This document shows, in pieces, positions 63,401-64,000 of a stretch of DNA of 64,000 bases (its first letter is position 1; every line of letters begins with the position of its first letter). The translations under genes were made by a program, and so were the position numbers. Under the pieces are notes generated by a model. It was not told the DNA's origin and searched no databases. It saw nothing but the letters and a program-made list of their open reading frames with translations. This DNA comes from Minisyncoccota bacterium (GTDB taxonomy: Bacteria > Patescibacteriota > Minisyncoccia > UBA6257 > 2-01-FULL-56-20), in the NCBI GenBank assembly GCA_035509435.1, contig DATJLR010000002.1, positions 5,774 to 69,773 on the forward strand. The letters are read 5' to 3'.

Positions 63401-64000
63401 AGCGACCGTGAGCTCCGCGGGCCATGCGACGACGACCGTCGCGCTCAACTATCCGTTCCGCGACACGCAGGCGGCCGCCTCGTCCATCGCGTATCTCGAT
63501 GCGCATGATGATGCGGGAACCCAGACCGTCTGCAACGTGATCGTGGGCACCACGAGCGGCGGTTCGACCACGCCGCCCTCGGGTTCATCGCCCGCGATCA
63601 CGAGCCCGCTTACGGCGAATGCCACCGTGGGATCGTCGTTCAGCTACCAGATCGGCGCAAGCAACTCCCCGTCGTCGTTCACCGCGACGGGCCTTCCGAA
63701 CGGCCTTTCCATCAGTAACTCCGCCGGCCGCATCTCGGGAACCCCGACAAGCGCCGGCACGTATGCCGTGACGCTCGGCGCCGTGAACGGTTATGGTACC
63801 GGCATGGCCACGCTTCAGATCACGATCGCTGCCGCACAGGCCTCCACTCCCACTCCGACCCCGGTCAACTTCACCCTTACGGCCTCGAGTGCGGGAACCG
63901 GCTCGGGCAGCATGACAGTGGCCGGCCAGAACTGCGGCTCATCCTGCACCGCCACGGTGAGCGGCACGTCGAACGGTCCTGTCGCAGCGATCGTCACCGA
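60420..64000 (+). CDS. Giant secreted surface protein, 3' partial in window (N-terminus at 60420; ORF still open at the window end). Right-handed parallel beta-helix, then alternating He_PIG (putative Ig) and InlB-B-repeat-like domains.
   Basis: Manual translation of an open frame, absent from the track because no stop lies in the window. Signal peptide MSVKRFVLVASFFAAAFLLINNQSAHA. PbH1-like repeats N[VL]xIxxNxIxx (NLTISDNNIYN, NVNVYGNYIHD, NVSIYNNLV). Three SFSYQIGASNSPTSY...GLSVNSASGLISGTPSSAGTY units and three TGSGTVTGGSINCGSTCSE...TFSGWSGACTGTGTC units. Confidence 0.8.
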   Translation, partial: MSVKRFVLVASFFAAAFLLINNQSAHAAASNVYIAQSAAGSGNGSSCANAYAYSFFNSSGNWGSGASQIGPGTTVHVCGTISVGANQEALVFNGSGTSGSPITLYFESGAVLTSPEWPADGSGGAIDLGSHSYVTVNGNGGTNGMTEGVIQATSNGDSNAHCISGSCTSHGDSNGIEADAGAENVTIEGLTISDMYVAVSGVSGGGGGSCMYNNGNVSNWTITDNIMHDMGWCISLQYNGGTSSNLTISDNNIYNIDHGIALGSGSAGETLTNVNVYGNYIHDYSNWDTGAADVWHHDGIHIWGYNDDGSDPISNVNIYDNTFGGSVGTNPTAQIFIERNGGNTKNVSIYNNLVMDTGAGTDNDGLITTGQDGGYKIYNNTIACTNPNNQDIAVGTSNSPNITFINNLVSGCQLGLMYLGGGSVASGQIHNNIYTGGPGNCSQGGDDCFDYGSSGWYGSFSTWESQTGETNSTYVSTANISSLGVPQSGSPAIGAGANLTSLGIGTLDSDIAGVARPSSGAWDVGAYEVSAGSGGGGGGTTVSAPGITSALSVSATAGSSFSYQIGASNSPTSYGASGLPSGLSVNSASGLISGTPSSAGTYSVTISASNSGGTSSATLTLTVASAAVTKYTLAVAKAGTGSGTVTGGSINCGSTCSESANAGTSVTLAASAASGSTFSGWSGACTGTGTCAVTLNAATNVTANFTLQTAAPSVPVVTSALSANGTVGSSFGYQITAINSPTTYAAVGLPSGLSVNSANGVISGTPTSAGTYNVTLNANNAAGVGTATLKITIAAQVTSVNYTLTATTAGTGSGSMTVAGQSCGSSCTATVTGTSQGPVSVTVTETPASGSTFSGWSGACTSTSSSCTFTITGNSTITANFTGSTSTPPPASSGSCSTIGSGWTNVPITSETSGIFTVSFDATPAANDIDAVTGLSTSAASQFTDMAAIVRFNTSGDIDAIDGPNYLAASTLPYQGGITYHVTMTVNLGTKTYSATVSSAGHATTTVALNYPFRDTQAAASSIAYLDAHDDAGTQTVCNVIVGTTSGGSTTPPSGSSPAITSPLTANATVGSSFSYQIGASNSPSSFTATGLPNGLSISNSAGRISGTPTSAGTYAVTLGAVNGYGTGMATLQITIAAAQASTPTPTPVNFTLTASSAGTGSGSMTVAGQNCGSSCTATVSGTSNGPVAAIVT

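Overview
High-GC (~60%) bacterial chromosomal window with Patescibacteria/CPR-like gene content. Supporting features are a stand-alone 5'-3' FEN exonuclease, a short IF-2, a lamin-tail-domain protein, many type IV pilus genes, small streamlined housekeeping operons and few biosynthetic genes. Housekeeping genes are on both strands: pepF, gyrB, tsaE, pyrG, holA, rpsT, ruvA, a Mur ligase, secE-nusG-rpsR, infB-rbfA, parA-parB, rel/spoT, topA, dprA, rluA, dus, six tRNAs and a cluster of cell-envelope/lipid genes. Accessory or unusual content is listed below.
1. 1-2962: a flavinylation module made of a membrane FNR-like reductase, ApbE and an FMN-binding protein with a peptidoglycan-binding domain.
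2. Four paralogous type IV pilin genes, three of them fused to LamG lectin-like domains. They sit near a PilB/PilO-like pilus locus and a giant secreted beta-helix / He_PIG / InlB-B-repeat protein that runs off the window end.
3. 23.4-28.0 kb: a ~4.5 kb lower-GC island next to tRNA-Arg. It has an excisionase-like HTH gene behind a consensus sigma70 promoter, duplicated small membrane proteins, zinc-ribbon proteins and no integrase.
4. Two short AT-rich insertions carrying orphan small genes (16.7-17.4 kb and 31.7-32.4 kb).
5. 43515-44309: a free-standing double-motif LAGLIDADG homing endonuclease in an AT-rich insert 14 nt upstream of tRNA-Leu(UAA).
Several intrinsic terminators, sigma70-like promoters and operator-like palindromes are visible. 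No CRISPR array or rRNA was seen. Many long antisense ORFs in the six-frame track are high-GC frame artefacts and were rejected.
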